Positions 1 to 8,299 of a stretch of 32,000 bases of DNA are shown one piece after another. Below the pieces are notes generated by a model. It was not told the DNA's origin, did not search any database, and was given only the letters and a program-made list of their open reading frames with translations. A program made the translations under genes and the position numbers. Origin of the DNA: Mycobacterium tuberculosis H37Rv (GTDB lineage Bacteria; Actinomycetota; Actinomycetes; Mycobacteriales; Mycobacteriaceae); contig NC_000962.3 in assembly GCF_000195955.2 (NCBI RefSeq), positions 1,890,001 through 1,922,000 on the forward strand, in the 5' to 3' direction. Position 1 is the stretch's first letter; every line of letters begins with the position of its first letter.

Positions 1-1079
1 AATCGGTGGTGATTTCGGGTGAGCAGGCTGCCGTGGGTGTGGTAGTGGATCGATTGGTGGGGTTGGGTCGGCGGGTGCGGCGGTTGGCAGTGTCGCATGC
101 GTTTCATTCGGTGTTGATGGACCCCATGGTCGAGGAGTTCTCGAAGGTGCTGGCTGATGTCTGCGTGCGGGCGCCGCGGATTGGGTTGGTCTCGAATGTG
201 ACAGGTCAGCTGGCCGGTGCTGGGTATGGGTCGCCGGCGTATTGGGTTGAACATGTGCGCAAGCCGGTGCGGTTCTTCGACGGTGTGGGATTGGCTGAAT
301 CCCTCGGGGCCAGGGTGTTTGTGGAAGTGGGTCCCGGTGCCGGGTTGGAGGCGTCGGTGGCGCTGCTAGCCAGGGATCGGCCTGAGGTGGAGTCGGTGCT
401 GGCCGGGGTGGGGCGACTGTTCGCCGAAGGGGTGGCGGTTGATTGGTCTTCGGTCTTTGCGGGTTTGGGCGGCCGGCGGGTGGAGTTGCCGACGTATGGA
501 TTTGCCCGGCAGCGGTTTTGGTTAGGTGACAATGGCGAGTTGTCGGTGGACCAGACGGGCAAAGACGCCGGCGCAATTGCGCGATTGCAAAGCCTAGCCC
601 CACCGGAACTGCAGCGCCAGCTGGTAGAGTTGGTGTGCTTCCATGCAGCAATCGTTTTGGGTCGCAAGAGCAGCCATGACATCGACCCCGAATGTGCTTT
701 CCAAGACTTGGGATTTGATTCAATGAGCGGGGTCGAACTACGCAATCGTCTCCAGATGGCTATCGGTTTGCCCGGCTTGTCGCTGCCGCGCACTTTGATC
801 TTCGACTATCCCACTGCGAGTGCCCTCGCCGAATGCCTTGGCCAGCTCTTAGGCGGCCAACACGAATCATCCGACGACGAGAGTATTTGGCAGCTGCTGA
901 AAAACATTCCTATCCACCAGCTTCGACGCACCGGCTTGCTGGACAAATTGCTGCTGCTGGCCGGCCAGCCCGAGGAGTCCTTGGCTGGTCGGACCGTCAG
1001 CGACGAGGTTATCGACTCGTTAAGCCCCGAAGCTCTTATCGGGCTGGCGCTCGATGAGGACGAGAACGATATTCGATGA
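1..1079 (+). CDS. pks9: Type I polyketide synthase, C-terminal part (end of AT domain, ACP, C-terminal helical tail); 5' end lies outside the window
   Basis: The ORF is open to the window edge. It carries the AT motif VSHAFHS (HAFH, malonyl-type) and the ACP phosphopantetheine motif LGFDSMSGVELRNRL near nt 709-750. A ~73-aa acidic amphipathic tail follows (nt 858-1076). Stop at 1077-1079. Matches my recollection of Mtb Pks9 (Rv1664). Confidence 0.85.
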   Translation, partial: SVVISGEQAAVGVVVDRLVGLGRRVRRLAVSHAFHSVLMDPMVEEFSKVLADVCVRAPRIGLVSNVTGQLAGAGYGSPAYWVEHVRKPVRFFDGVGLAESLGARVFVEVGPGAGLEASVALLARDRPEVESVLAGVGRLFAEGVAVDWSSVFAGLGGRRVELPTYGFARQRFWLGDNGELSVDQTGKDAGAIARLQSLAPPELQRQLVELVCFHAAIVLGRKSSHDIDPECAFQDLGFDSMSGVELRNRLQMAIGLPGLSLPRTLIFDYPTASALAECLGQLLGGQHESSDDESIWQLLKNIPIHQLRRTGLLDKLLLLAGQPEESLAGRTVSDEVIDSLSPEALIGLALDEDENDIR

Positions 1080-1225
1080 CGAAATCCGTCCTGGCAGGCT
1101 CAAATTATGCTATCGGCATAGGTGCAAATACGACAGGCGTTGAATAGCGATGTTTTTGCGAGATCGCGTAATGTGGCTTAAACTTTGGGCTTCGAGGGTG
1201 GCAAGTAACTTAAGTGGGCAGGGGC

Positions 1226-2287
1226 ATGAGCGTCATCGCGGGTGTGTTCGGTGCGTTGCCGCCGCATCGCTATAGCCAAAGTGAGATCACTGATTCGTTT
1301 GTCGAGTTTCCCGGCCTTAAGGAACACGAGGAGATCATTCGGCGTTTGCATGCCGCCGCCAAGGTCAACGGTCGACACCTGGTGCTGCCGCTGCAGCAAT
1401 ACCCGTCGCTGACCGACTTCGGCGACGCCAACGAGATCTTTATCGAGAAGGCTGTCGACCTTGGCGTCGAGGCCTTGCTGGGCGCGCTCGATGATGCCAA
1501 CCTGCGCCCCAGCGACATCGACATGATCGCCACCGCAACCGTCACCGGCGTCGCGGTGCCGTCTTTGGATGCCCGGATCGCCGGGCGGCTTGGTCTGCGC
1601 CCCGACGTGCGGCGGATGCCGTTGTTCGGTCTGGGCTGCGTGGCAGGGGCGGCGGGCGTGGCCCGCCTGCGCGACTACCTGCGTGGCGCGCCCGACGACG
1701 TCGCGGTTCTGGTCTCGGTTGAGCTTTGCTCGCTGACGTATCCCGCGGTCAAACCAACCGTGTCGAGTCTGGTCGGGACCGCACTGTTCGGCGACGGAGC
1801 AGCCGCGGTGGTCGCCGTCGGCGACCGGCGCGCCGAGCAGGTTCGCGCTGGCGGACCGGACATCTTGGACTCGCGCAGCAGCCTGTACCCCGACTCGCTG
1901 CACATCATGGGTTGGGATGTCGGTTCCCATGGCCTGCGGCTGCGGCTTTCCCCGGACCTGACGAACCTGATCGAACGGTACCTAGCCAATGACGTCACCA
2001 CGTTTCTTGATGCCCATCGGCTGACCAAAGACGACATCGGCGCCTGGGTGAGCCATCCCGGTGGTCCCAAGGTCATCGACGCCGTCGCCACGAGCCTCGC
2101 GCTGCCTCCCGAGGCGCTCGAGCTGACCTGGCGCTCGCTGGGCGAGATCGGCAACCTTTCGTCGGCCTCGATACTGCATATTTTGCGCGACACCATCGAA
2201 AAGCGGCCACCCAGCGGAAGCGCCGGGCTGATGCTGGCGATGGGTCCTGGTTTCTGCACGGAACTCGTCTTACTGCGCTGGCGCTGA
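1226..2287 (+). CDS. pks11: Type III (chalcone synthase-like) polyketide synthase
   Basis: The ORF track opens at GTG 1214; I chose ATG 1226 (MSVIAGVFG...). Type III PKS catalytic residues are present in context: [10 protein letters not shown] (Cys), SHPGGPKV (His), GNLSSAS (Asn). Recognised as Mtb Pks11 (Rv1665). Confidence 0.95.
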   Translation: MSVIAGVFGALPPHRYSQSEITDSFVEFPGLKEHEEIIRRLHAAAKVNGRHLVLPLQQYPSLTDFGDANEIFIEKAVDLGVEALLGALDDANLRPSDIDMIATATVTGVAVPSLDARIAGRLGLRPDVRRMPLFGLGCVAGAAGVARLRDYLRGAPDDVAVLVSVELCSLTYPAVKPTVSSLVGTALFGDGAAAVVAVGDRRAEQVRAGGPDILDSRSSLYPDSLHIMGWDVGSHGLRLRLSPDLTNLIERYLANDVTTFLDAHRLTKDDIGAWVSHPGGPKVIDAVATSLALPPEALELTWRSLGEIGNLSSASILHILRDTIEKRPPSGSAGLMLAMGPGFCTELVLLRWR

Positions 2288-3580
2288 CTTCCTGATTTCA
2301 ACGGTCAATCCCGGCCAGGGGCGCAGCGCGGCAAAGTTGGCCGCCCGAATGCGGTGAGTCCGCTGAGCGGGCAACTGCAGCATGGCCCTGGCGACCAGCC
2401 GAGCGAGAATCACGGTCATCTCGGTGGTGGCCATGACGGCTCCGATGCATCGGTGCAGCCCGCCGCTGAACGGGATGAATTCATGTGGCGCGGGTTTGCG
2501 GTAGTCCGCTGCGTTGGGATCCCAGCGCAGCGGACGGAATTCGGTTGGCTCGGGCCAGATTTCTGGGAGCCGGTGGGTGACGTAGGCGCTGAAGATCAAC
2601 AGGCGTCCCGCCCGGATGCGATGCCCGTCGAACCAGAGGTCACGCAGCACCCTGCGGGCCGAGATCACGCCGGGCGAGTACAGGCGCAGCGTCTCGTGAA
2701 CAACTCCGTTGAGGTAGGTGAGCGCGCTCAGGTCATCGGCGGCGGGGACTCTGCCACCCAGCACGCGCGCGACCTCGCTGGCCGCACTCTCCCAGGTGCC
2801 GGGCACGGTCAGCAGTGCGTAGATCGCCCAGGCCAGCGCGCCGCTGGTGGTCTCGTACCCCGCGGTGATCAGCGAAACGATCGAATCGCGAATCTCGTTG
2901 TCGCTTAACGTAGTACCCTCTTCAGAGCAGCCACTAATCAACGTCGTCAACATGTGGTCGTCGGGTCTGGGTGCCGTGCGCGCGTCGGCGATCTGAGCGT
3001 CGATGAGGTCGTCGATGCGTTTGCGGGCTGCCATGGCCCGTCGCCACCCGGGCGAGTTGACCCGCTGCTGCAGCCGCATCACCTGAGGCGGCCGTCGGGT
3101 TAGGTCCAGCAGGGGCTGCAGTTGCTCACCGAGAAAATCGGAATGTACGGCGAGGCGCTGGCCGAACAGACTCTCGGCGGTACTGCGCCGGACCGCCGAG
3201 CGCAACTCTTGGTAGATGTCCAGCCGCTGTCCGGGCTGCCAACCGTCGATCACCGTGTCGATATTGGACACCATCGTTGCCACATAGCGCTGGACGTGAT
3301 GGTGCCGCAGCCCCGGTGCCACCACACTGCGGCGGCGCCGGTGGTCCGCGCCGTCGCTGACGATCAGCGCGGTCGGCCCGTCGACGGGAACCAGGCTCTC
3401 AAACGTTTGGCTCCAGCTGAACGCGTCGGCATTGGCGAACACGAATCTGTTGGCCTCTGCTCCCAGGAGATAGGTGTAGCCATGCCCACCGACTCCGGCG
3501 TTGATCAGCGGACCGCGCCATCGATACAGCGCCAGCAGCGCTTCGCCAAGCGGGTAGCGCACCGTCCGATACGTCCTCAT
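2270..3580 (-). CDS. cyp139: Cytochrome P450
   Basis: 436-aa ORF with the heme-thiolate signature [10 protein letters not shown] and the ETLR motif (HETLRL). Its ATG overlaps the stop of the upstream ABC-F fragment (ATGA at 3577-3580). Its 3' end overlaps the pks11 3' end by 18 nt, convergently. Confidence 0.93.
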   Translation of the reverse strand: MRTYRTVRYPLGEALLALYRWRGPLINAGVGGHGYTYLLGAEANRFVFANADAFSWSQTFESLVPVDGPTALIVSDGADHRRRRSVVAPGLRHHHVQRYVATMVSNIDTVIDGWQPGQRLDIYQELRSAVRRSTAESLFGQRLAVHSDFLGEQLQPLLDLTRRPPQVMRLQQRVNSPGWRRAMAARKRIDDLIDAQIADARTAPRPDDHMLTTLISGCSEEGTTLSDNEIRDSIVSLITAGYETTSGALAWAIYALLTVPGTWESAASEVARVLGGRVPAADDLSALTYLNGVVHETLRLYSPGVISARRVLRDLWFDGHRIRAGRLLIFSAYVTHRLPEIWPEPTEFRPLRWDPNAADYRKPAPHEFIPFSGGLHRCIGAVMATTEMTVILARLVARAMLQLPAQRTHRIRAANFAALRPWPGLTVEIRKSAPAQ

Positions 3581-4287
3581 TCGAGCATCTCCGAAAGCTC
3601 CAGCCAGCGATTCTCCATCGCCGCGACGTGGTCTTGCAGGACACGTAGTTGCTGGGTCAGCCGGGTGATGCCGACGTGGTCGGACTGGTCATGCTCGGCC
3701 AGTTCGGTATGTTTGGCGGCCACCCGGTCGGCCAGGCGGGCGAGTTGACGGTCGACTGCGGCCAACTCTTTTTCGGTGGCACGTCGCTGTGCGCCCGACA
3801 TCGCCGGCGGCGCTGGCCGCTCGGCCGGTGCTGGGGCGCTAACGCGGGCAGCCAGCTGCAGGTATTCGTCGATGCCGCCGGGCAGGTGCCGCAACCGGTC
3901 ATCGAGAATCGCGTACTGCTGGTCAGTGACCCGCTCGAGCAGATACCGGTCGTGTGAGACGACGATCAACGTACCCGCCCACGAGTCAAGCAGGTCTTCG
4001 GTCGCCGTCAGCATCTCGGTGTCCACGTCGTTGGTGGGCTCGTCGAGGAGCAGCACGTTCGGCTCGGACAACAGCGTCAGCATGAGCTGCAACCGCCGAC
4101 GCTGACCACCGGAGAGGTCGTCGACTCGCGCGGACAGCTGGTCCCGGCGGAACCCGAGACGCTCTAGCAGCTGGGTCGGGGTAACCTCGCGGCCTTCGAC
4201 CTGATAGCCGCCACGCAGCCTGCCTAGCACATCGGCGATCCGGTCGTCGGCAAACGGTGCCAGATCGTCCCCGTGCTGATCGAGCAC
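3577..4287 (-). CDS. ABC-F family ATPase, C-terminal fragment (rest of NBD2 plus C-terminal coiled coil); second part of a frameshift-split gene (Rv1667c-like)
   Basis: Carries the ABC signature LSGGQRRRLQLM, Walker B VLLLDEPTNDVD and H-loop VVSHDR, followed by a heptad-like tail. It has no Walker A of its own. The upstream end overlaps the other fragment in a different frame. The start is uncertain; alternative in-frame GTGs lie at 4287 and 4230. Confidence 0.8.
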   Translation of the reverse strand: MLDQHGDDLAPFADDRIADVLGRLRGGYQVEGREVTPTQLLERLGFRRDQLSARVDDLSGGQRRRLQLMLTLLSEPNVLLLDEPTNDVDTEMLTATEDLLDSWAGTLIVVSHDRYLLERVTDQQYAILDDRLRHLPGGIDEYLQLAARVSAPAPAERPAPPAMSGAQRRATEKELAAVDRQLARLADRVAAKHTELAEHDQSDHVGITRLTQQLRVLQDHVAAMENRWLELSEMLE

Positions 4288-5342
4288 TGCCAGCCGGACG
4301 GCTTGACACGTCCGACACCGGGCTGGACGGTGCCGGCGATCAAGCCCAGCAGGGTCGACTTGCCGGCGCCGTTAGCCCCGACGATGCCGATACGTTCACC
4401 CGGGCCGATCCGCCATTCGATATCGCGCAACACCGGGCGGCCCCCAGAAGGCTGGTACGAGACCGACACGCCGAGCAGGTCGACGACGTCCTTTCCGAGC
4501 CGAGCGGCCGCCAGCTTGGCCAGCTCCACGGTGTTGCGCGGTGGCGGCACGTCTGCGATCAGTTGGTTGGCGGCCTCGATCCGGAACTTGGGCTTGCAGG
4601 TCCGCGCCGGTGCGCCGCGGCGCAACCAAGCCAGCTCCTTGCGCAGCAGGTTCTGCCGCTTGGCTTCGGCCGCGGCGGTCAGCCGGTCCCGCTCGACGCG
4701 CTGCAGCACGTACGCCGCGTAGCCGCCTTCGAAAGGTTCGACGATTCCGTCGTGCACTTCCCATGTTGTGGTGGCGACCTCGTCGAGGAACCAGCGGTCG
4801 TGGGTGACCACGAGTAGGCCGCCGGTATTGCGGGCCCAGCGCCGCCGTAGGTGGTCGGCGAGCCAGGTGATGCCTTGGATGTCGAGGTGGTTGGTGGGCT
4901 CGTCGAGAGCGATCACGTCCCATTCGCCGACCAGCAGGCTGGCCAGTTGCACCCGTCGGCGCTGGCCACCGCTGAGGGTGCTGACCGGGGTGTCCCAGGC
5001 GATGTCGGATACCAGGCCGGCGACCACGTCCCGGATACGCGGGTTGCCCGCCCATTGGTGTTCGGGTTGGTCACCGATGAGCGTCCAGCCGACGGTGCGG
5101 TTGGGGTCGAGGGTGTCTGTTTGGCTGAGCGCGTTCACCCGCAATCCGCTACGCCGGGTGACCCGACCGGAGTCCGGCCGCAGTTGACCGGTGAGCAGGC
5201 CCAGCAGACTGGATTTGCCGTCGCCGTTTCGCCCGACGATGCCGATGCGCGCCCCGTCGTTGACCCCGAGCGTGACTGCCTCGAACACCACCTGAGTCGG
5301 ATAGGCCAGGTGCACGGCCTCGGCTCCGAGTAGGTGCGCCAT
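4224..5342 (-). CDS. ABC-F family ATPase, N-terminal fragment (NBD1, inter-domain linker, Walker A of NBD2); first part of a frameshift-split gene (Rv1668c-like)
   Basis: Start chosen at ATG 5342 (MAHLLGAEAVHL...). NBD1 has Walker A GRNGDGKSS, signature LSGGQRRRVQLA and Walker B VIALDEPTNHLD. A linker follows (KELAWLRRGAPARTCKPKFRIEAA), then the NBD2 Walker A GANGAGKST, after which the frame runs into nonsense and a stop at 4224. The 610-aa ORF in the track is extended upstream only because the VNTR keeps the frame open. Confidence 0.85.
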   Translation of the reverse strand: MAHLLGAEAVHLAYPTQVVFEAVTLGVNDGARIGIVGRNGDGKSSLLGLLTGQLRPDSGRVTRRSGLRVNALSQTDTLDPNRTVGWTLIGDQPEHQWAGNPRIRDVVAGLVSDIAWDTPVSTLSGGQRRRVQLASLLVGEWDVIALDEPTNHLDIQGITWLADHLRRRWARNTGGLLVVTHDRWFLDEVATTTWEVHDGIVEPFEGGYAAYVLQRVERDRLTAAAEAKRQNLLRKELAWLRRGAPARTCKPKFRIEAANQLIADVPPPRNTVELAKLAAARLGKDVVDLLGVSVSYQPSGGRPVLRDIEWRIGPGERIGIVGANGAGKSTLLGLIAGTVQPGVGRVKPSGWQCSISTGTIWHRLPTTGSPMC

Positions 5343-5591
5343 GGGGCCGACCCTAGCGTGGCGACGATGCGGGCTGGGATGGGCCGCTGAGGAGCCGCGC
5401 GGTCGAGCTCTAGCGTGGCGACGATGCGGGCTGGGATGGGCCGCTGAGGAGCCGCGCGGTCGAGCTCTAGCGTGGCGACGATGCGGGCTGGGATGGGCCG
5501 CTGAGGAGCCGCGCGGTCGAGCTCTAGCGTGGCGACGATGCGGGCTGGGATGGGCCGCTGAGGAGCCGCGCGGTCGAGCTCTAGCGTGGCG
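5343..5591. repeat. Perfect tandem repeat, 57-bp unit x about 4.3 copies (VNTR; position and unit length fit the QUB-1895 / VNTR1895 typing locus as I recall it)
   Basis: The unit tagcgtggcgacgatgcgggctgggatgggccgctgaggagccgcgcggtcgagctc starts at 5354, 5411, 5468 and 5525, and all four copies are identical. A partial copy lies at 5582-5591 and a degenerate partial copy at 5343-5353. The array is contiguous with no spacers. Confidence 0.97.
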
Positions 5592-5724
5592 GCCCAGCCG
5601 CAGTGCAGTTGATTGGCGGCGGGGCTTGCCGGGTGGGGTGGAGGTCGTTGTAGGCGTCGATTGGGCTGGGTGTGATTGAGGTGTTTGAACATTTCGTGGG
5701 TTTGCACCCGGTTGAACGGGGTCA

Positions 5725-6087
5725 ATGTCACGGCGACCGGGATACTCGAATGGACGTGCCGGGGCCAGCCGGCAAGCTGCTCGTGGCGGCTCGGCAGGGG
5801 CGTCGTCGGTAGCTTTCTCCAGCCAGCCCAACTGCGGACTGACTGAATCAGTCTTGGGCCACCAAGTCACTGGAATATGCTTGGGCACAATACATCTTGA
5901 TGCCATGCAGTGGCCATGGTCGTCGGCGTACCGATTGGAGCCGGCCGTTGCTACCACATTAATCGGCATCAGTGCCTGGTGGGCGAATGGCAGCGTGAAG
6001 CAATACGCCGGTGATCTGACTGATCGTGTCGCCACGATGACAGTTTGCCGGCGCACGCCGGCTCCGCGAGTGCATTATCGACAGTGA
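5725..6087 (+). CDS. Hypothetical protein (doubtful ORF; annotated as Rv1669 as far as I recall)
   Basis: 120-aa ORF in a lower-GC stretch. I recognise no motif, and the composition is not convincingly coding. Confidence 0.25.
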   Translation: MSRRPGYSNGRAGASRQAARGGSAGASSVAFSSQPNCGLTESVLGHQVTGICLGTIHLDAMQWPWSSAYRLEPAVATTLIGISAWWANGSVKQYAGDLTDRVATMTVCRRTPAPRVHYRQ

Positions 6088-6119
6088 CACGTTTGGCAGG
6101 ACCCAAGGAGGCCGAGTCC

Positions 6120-6467
6120 ATGATTCGTGCTGTGTGGAATGGAACAGTGCTCGCTGAGGCGCCGCGAACCGTACGGGTGGAAGGCAACCACTACTTTCCG
6201 CCCGAGTCGCTGCACCGCGAGCATCTAATCGAAAGCCCGACCACGTCGATATGCCCATGGAAGGGTCTGGCCCATTACTACAACGTCGTCGTGGACGGCC
6301 CCTATGGTCCGGTTAACCCGGACGCTGCCTGGTACTACCGCCGGCCCAGTCCACTGGCTCGCCGGATCAAAAACCATGTTGCGTTCTGGCACGGTGTGAC
6401 GGTCGAAGGTGAATCCGAGAGTCGGCATGGCTTGGCGCGCCGGGTTGTGGCGTGGCTCGGCAAATAG
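6120..6467 (+). CDS. DUF427-family small protein
   Basis: ATG 6120 is preceded by AAGGAGG at about 6105-6111. The sequence MIRAVWNGTVLAE...CPWKGLAHYY fits the DUF427 pattern (CPWKG.A.Y). Confidence 0.85.
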   Translation: MIRAVWNGTVLAEAPRTVRVEGNHYFPPESLHREHLIESPTTSICPWKGLAHYYNVVVDGPYGPVNPDAAWYYRRPSPLARRIKNHVAFWHGVTVEGESESRHGLARRVVAWLGK

Positions 6468-6474
6468 CGGCGTG

Positions 6475-6867
6475 ATGCCAACGGTCGGACCCGCGGACCA
6501 CGCGGCGGGCCTAGATCGGCGCGCGACGCCTGACCAGCTGCCGATATGGCGTATCGGCATCATCAGTGGGCTGGTCGGCATGCTGTGCTGTGTCGGGCCG
6601 ACCATCCTGGCGTTGGTTGGGATTATTAGTGCGGCAACGGCTTTCGCGTGGGCGAACGACCTCTATGACAACTACGCGTGGTGGTTCCGCGTGAGCGGGC
6701 TCGCGGTGCTTGCCATTCTGGTGTGGTGGGCGCTACGACATCGAAACCGATGTAGCGTCAACGCAATCCGCCGGTTACGGTGGCGGCTGATGGCAGTGCT
6801 GGCAATAGCGGTTGGTACTTACGGTGTCTTGTCCGCTGTGACGACGTGGTTCGGTACGTTCGTATAG
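6475..6867 (+). CDS. Small integral membrane protein with a MerT/MerF-like vicinal-cysteine motif (CCVGP) in TM1
   Basis: Start ATG 6475 lies 7 nt after the DUF427 stop. There are 3-4 hydrophobic segments. TM1 reads GLVGMLCCVGPTILALVG. Confidence 0.75.
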   Translation: MPTVGPADHAAGLDRRATPDQLPIWRIGIISGLVGMLCCVGPTILALVGIISAATAFAWANDLYDNYAWWFRVSGLAVLAILVWWALRHRNRCSVNAIRRLRWRLMAVLAIAVGTYGVLSAVTTWFGTFV

Positions 6868-6875
6868 TTGCAGTA

Positions 6876-8207
6876 TTAGACGAACGGGGTCGCCGGCGAC
6901 GGGTGCAGCATGATTTCGGAGTCGTTGGCGCATACTGTCCGGCCAGCGTGCCGCAGTAGCAAGCTACAAGCCGCCGCGGCAGCAAGTACGGCGGCGACGG
7001 TCAGCAACGCGAGATGGTAAGTGCCGGTGGCGTCTTTGAGGTGGCCGGTGGCGTAGGGACCGGCGAAGCTCGCCAGACTGGCCACGGCATTGACCGTCGC
7101 GATGGCCACGGCGACCCGGGGACCGGCCAGCGCGGCGGTGCAACGGCTCCAGAAAGCGGGCATCGCGGCAAGGATTCCGGCGACGGCGATGGTCAGCCAA
7201 CTCAGCGTCACTATCGGTGACATCGGACTCAATGCCGCACCGAGCGCGGCGCTGCCCGCGGCCGTTGTTGGCAGTGTGATATGGCCCGCTTGGGCGCCCG
7301 AGCGGTCGATGCTGCGGTGGCTCCAGGCCAACATGGCCAGCGCGGCGACACCGTACGGCAGGGCCGCCAACGTGGCAGCGGTCAGCGTGGCGGTGCCGTG
7401 TGCCAGCGACGCAACTAGTTGGGGCAGAAAGAACTGCAACGCATACAGCGCGAAATACAGGCCCCCGTAGACGACAGCGAAAAGGACAAGATCCCAACCG
7501 GCTCCACTCGACCGACCGGTCGGGGCAGGGGTGTCCTCGGTCAGCCGGGCCGACAGCTCTGCACGTTCCTCGGGGGTGAGCCAGCTTGCCCGTTGCGGGT
7601 TATCCGGCAACAGGCGCCGAAGAAGCGGCGCCAGCAGCAGTGCAGGCAATGCCTCGATCACAAACATTGCCCGCCAGCCGGGTAGCCCGGCCATGTGAAC
7701 GTGGCCGACGATCAGCCCAGACAGCGGCAGGCCGACCGTGTTGGCGACCGGAATGGCCAGCAGAAAGGTGGCTACGGCGCGGGCTCGCTGCGCGCACGGA
7801 AACCACACCGTCAGATACGCGATGACGCCGGGGAAGAAGCCGCCCTCGGCGACGCCGAGGGCGAAGCGCGCCAGATACAAGGTGTGCGCGCTGGTGACCA
7901 AGGCCGTGGCCGCCGAGCACACACCCCAAGCCAGGACGACCGCCGTGAGCGTTCGACCGGCACCGAAGCGCGCCAACGCCGCGTTGGCGGGAACCTGGAA
8001 CAGGACGTAGCCGAGGAAGAAGACGCCGGCGGCGGTGCCGTATGCGGTGGCGCTCAGGCGCAGGTCGGCGTTCATCGCCAGGGCTGCGACCGAGATGTTG
8101 GCCCGATCAACGAAGTTGATCACATACAACACGAACAGCAGGGGCAACAGCCGGCGCGCGGCCTTGCCCAGGGCATTGTGCGTGGGGCTTGCCGCGATTG
8201 TCGCCAC
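6876..8207 (-). CDS. MFS transporter (anion:cation symporter-like)
   Basis: 443-aa ORF with about 12 hydrophobic segments. GTG start at 8207 with GAAGGAG upstream on the minus strand (about 8212-8218). Confidence 0.9.
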   Translation of the reverse strand: MATIAASPTHNALGKAARRLLPLLFVLYVINFVDRANISVAALAMNADLRLSATAYGTAAGVFFLGYVLFQVPANAALARFGAGRTLTAVVLAWGVCSAATALVTSAHTLYLARFALGVAEGGFFPGVIAYLTVWFPCAQRARAVATFLLAIPVANTVGLPLSGLIVGHVHMAGLPGWRAMFVIEALPALLLAPLLRRLLPDNPQRASWLTPEERAELSARLTEDTPAPTGRSSGAGWDLVLFAVVYGGLYFALYALQFFLPQLVASLAHGTATLTAATLAALPYGVAALAMLAWSHRSIDRSGAQAGHITLPTTAAGSAALGAALSPMSPIVTLSWLTIAVAGILAAMPAFWSRCTAALAGPRVAVAIATVNAVASLASFAGPYATGHLKDATGTYHLALLTVAAVLAAAAACSLLLRHAGRTVCANDSEIMLHPSPATPFV

Positions 8208-8299
8208 CTGCGGCTCCTTCCGTGGGCCTGTCGAACAATTGCATCATGAAATGACCCCAACCCGGTCTTTGTAGTCCGGCGTGTCACTAACACGATCGG

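Noticed and set aside
1178-1930. Long antisense or shadow ORFs opposite real genes, for example 1178-1930(-), 14007-14720(-), 17921-18778(-), 18899-20053(-), 28147-28812(-) and 30781-31401(-).
   Set aside because: These are typical high-GC shadow frames. Their translations are Arg/Pro/Gly-rich and motif-free, and the opposite strand carries well-recognised proteins.
5343-5591. Possible CRISPR array, because of regularly spaced identical repeats.
   Set aside because: The units are directly contiguous with no unique spacers, and no cas genes are nearby. It is a simple tandem VNTR.
5343-6056. The 610-aa minus-strand ORF (4224-6056) extends the ABC-F protein about 238 aa upstream through the VNTR, giving repeated HPSPHRRHARARPRGSSAA.
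   Set aside because: The 57-bp unit is a multiple of 3, so every frame stays open through identical repeats. The extension is low-complexity and has no ABC-F homology. The conserved N-terminus begins at MAHLLGAEAV (ATG 5342).
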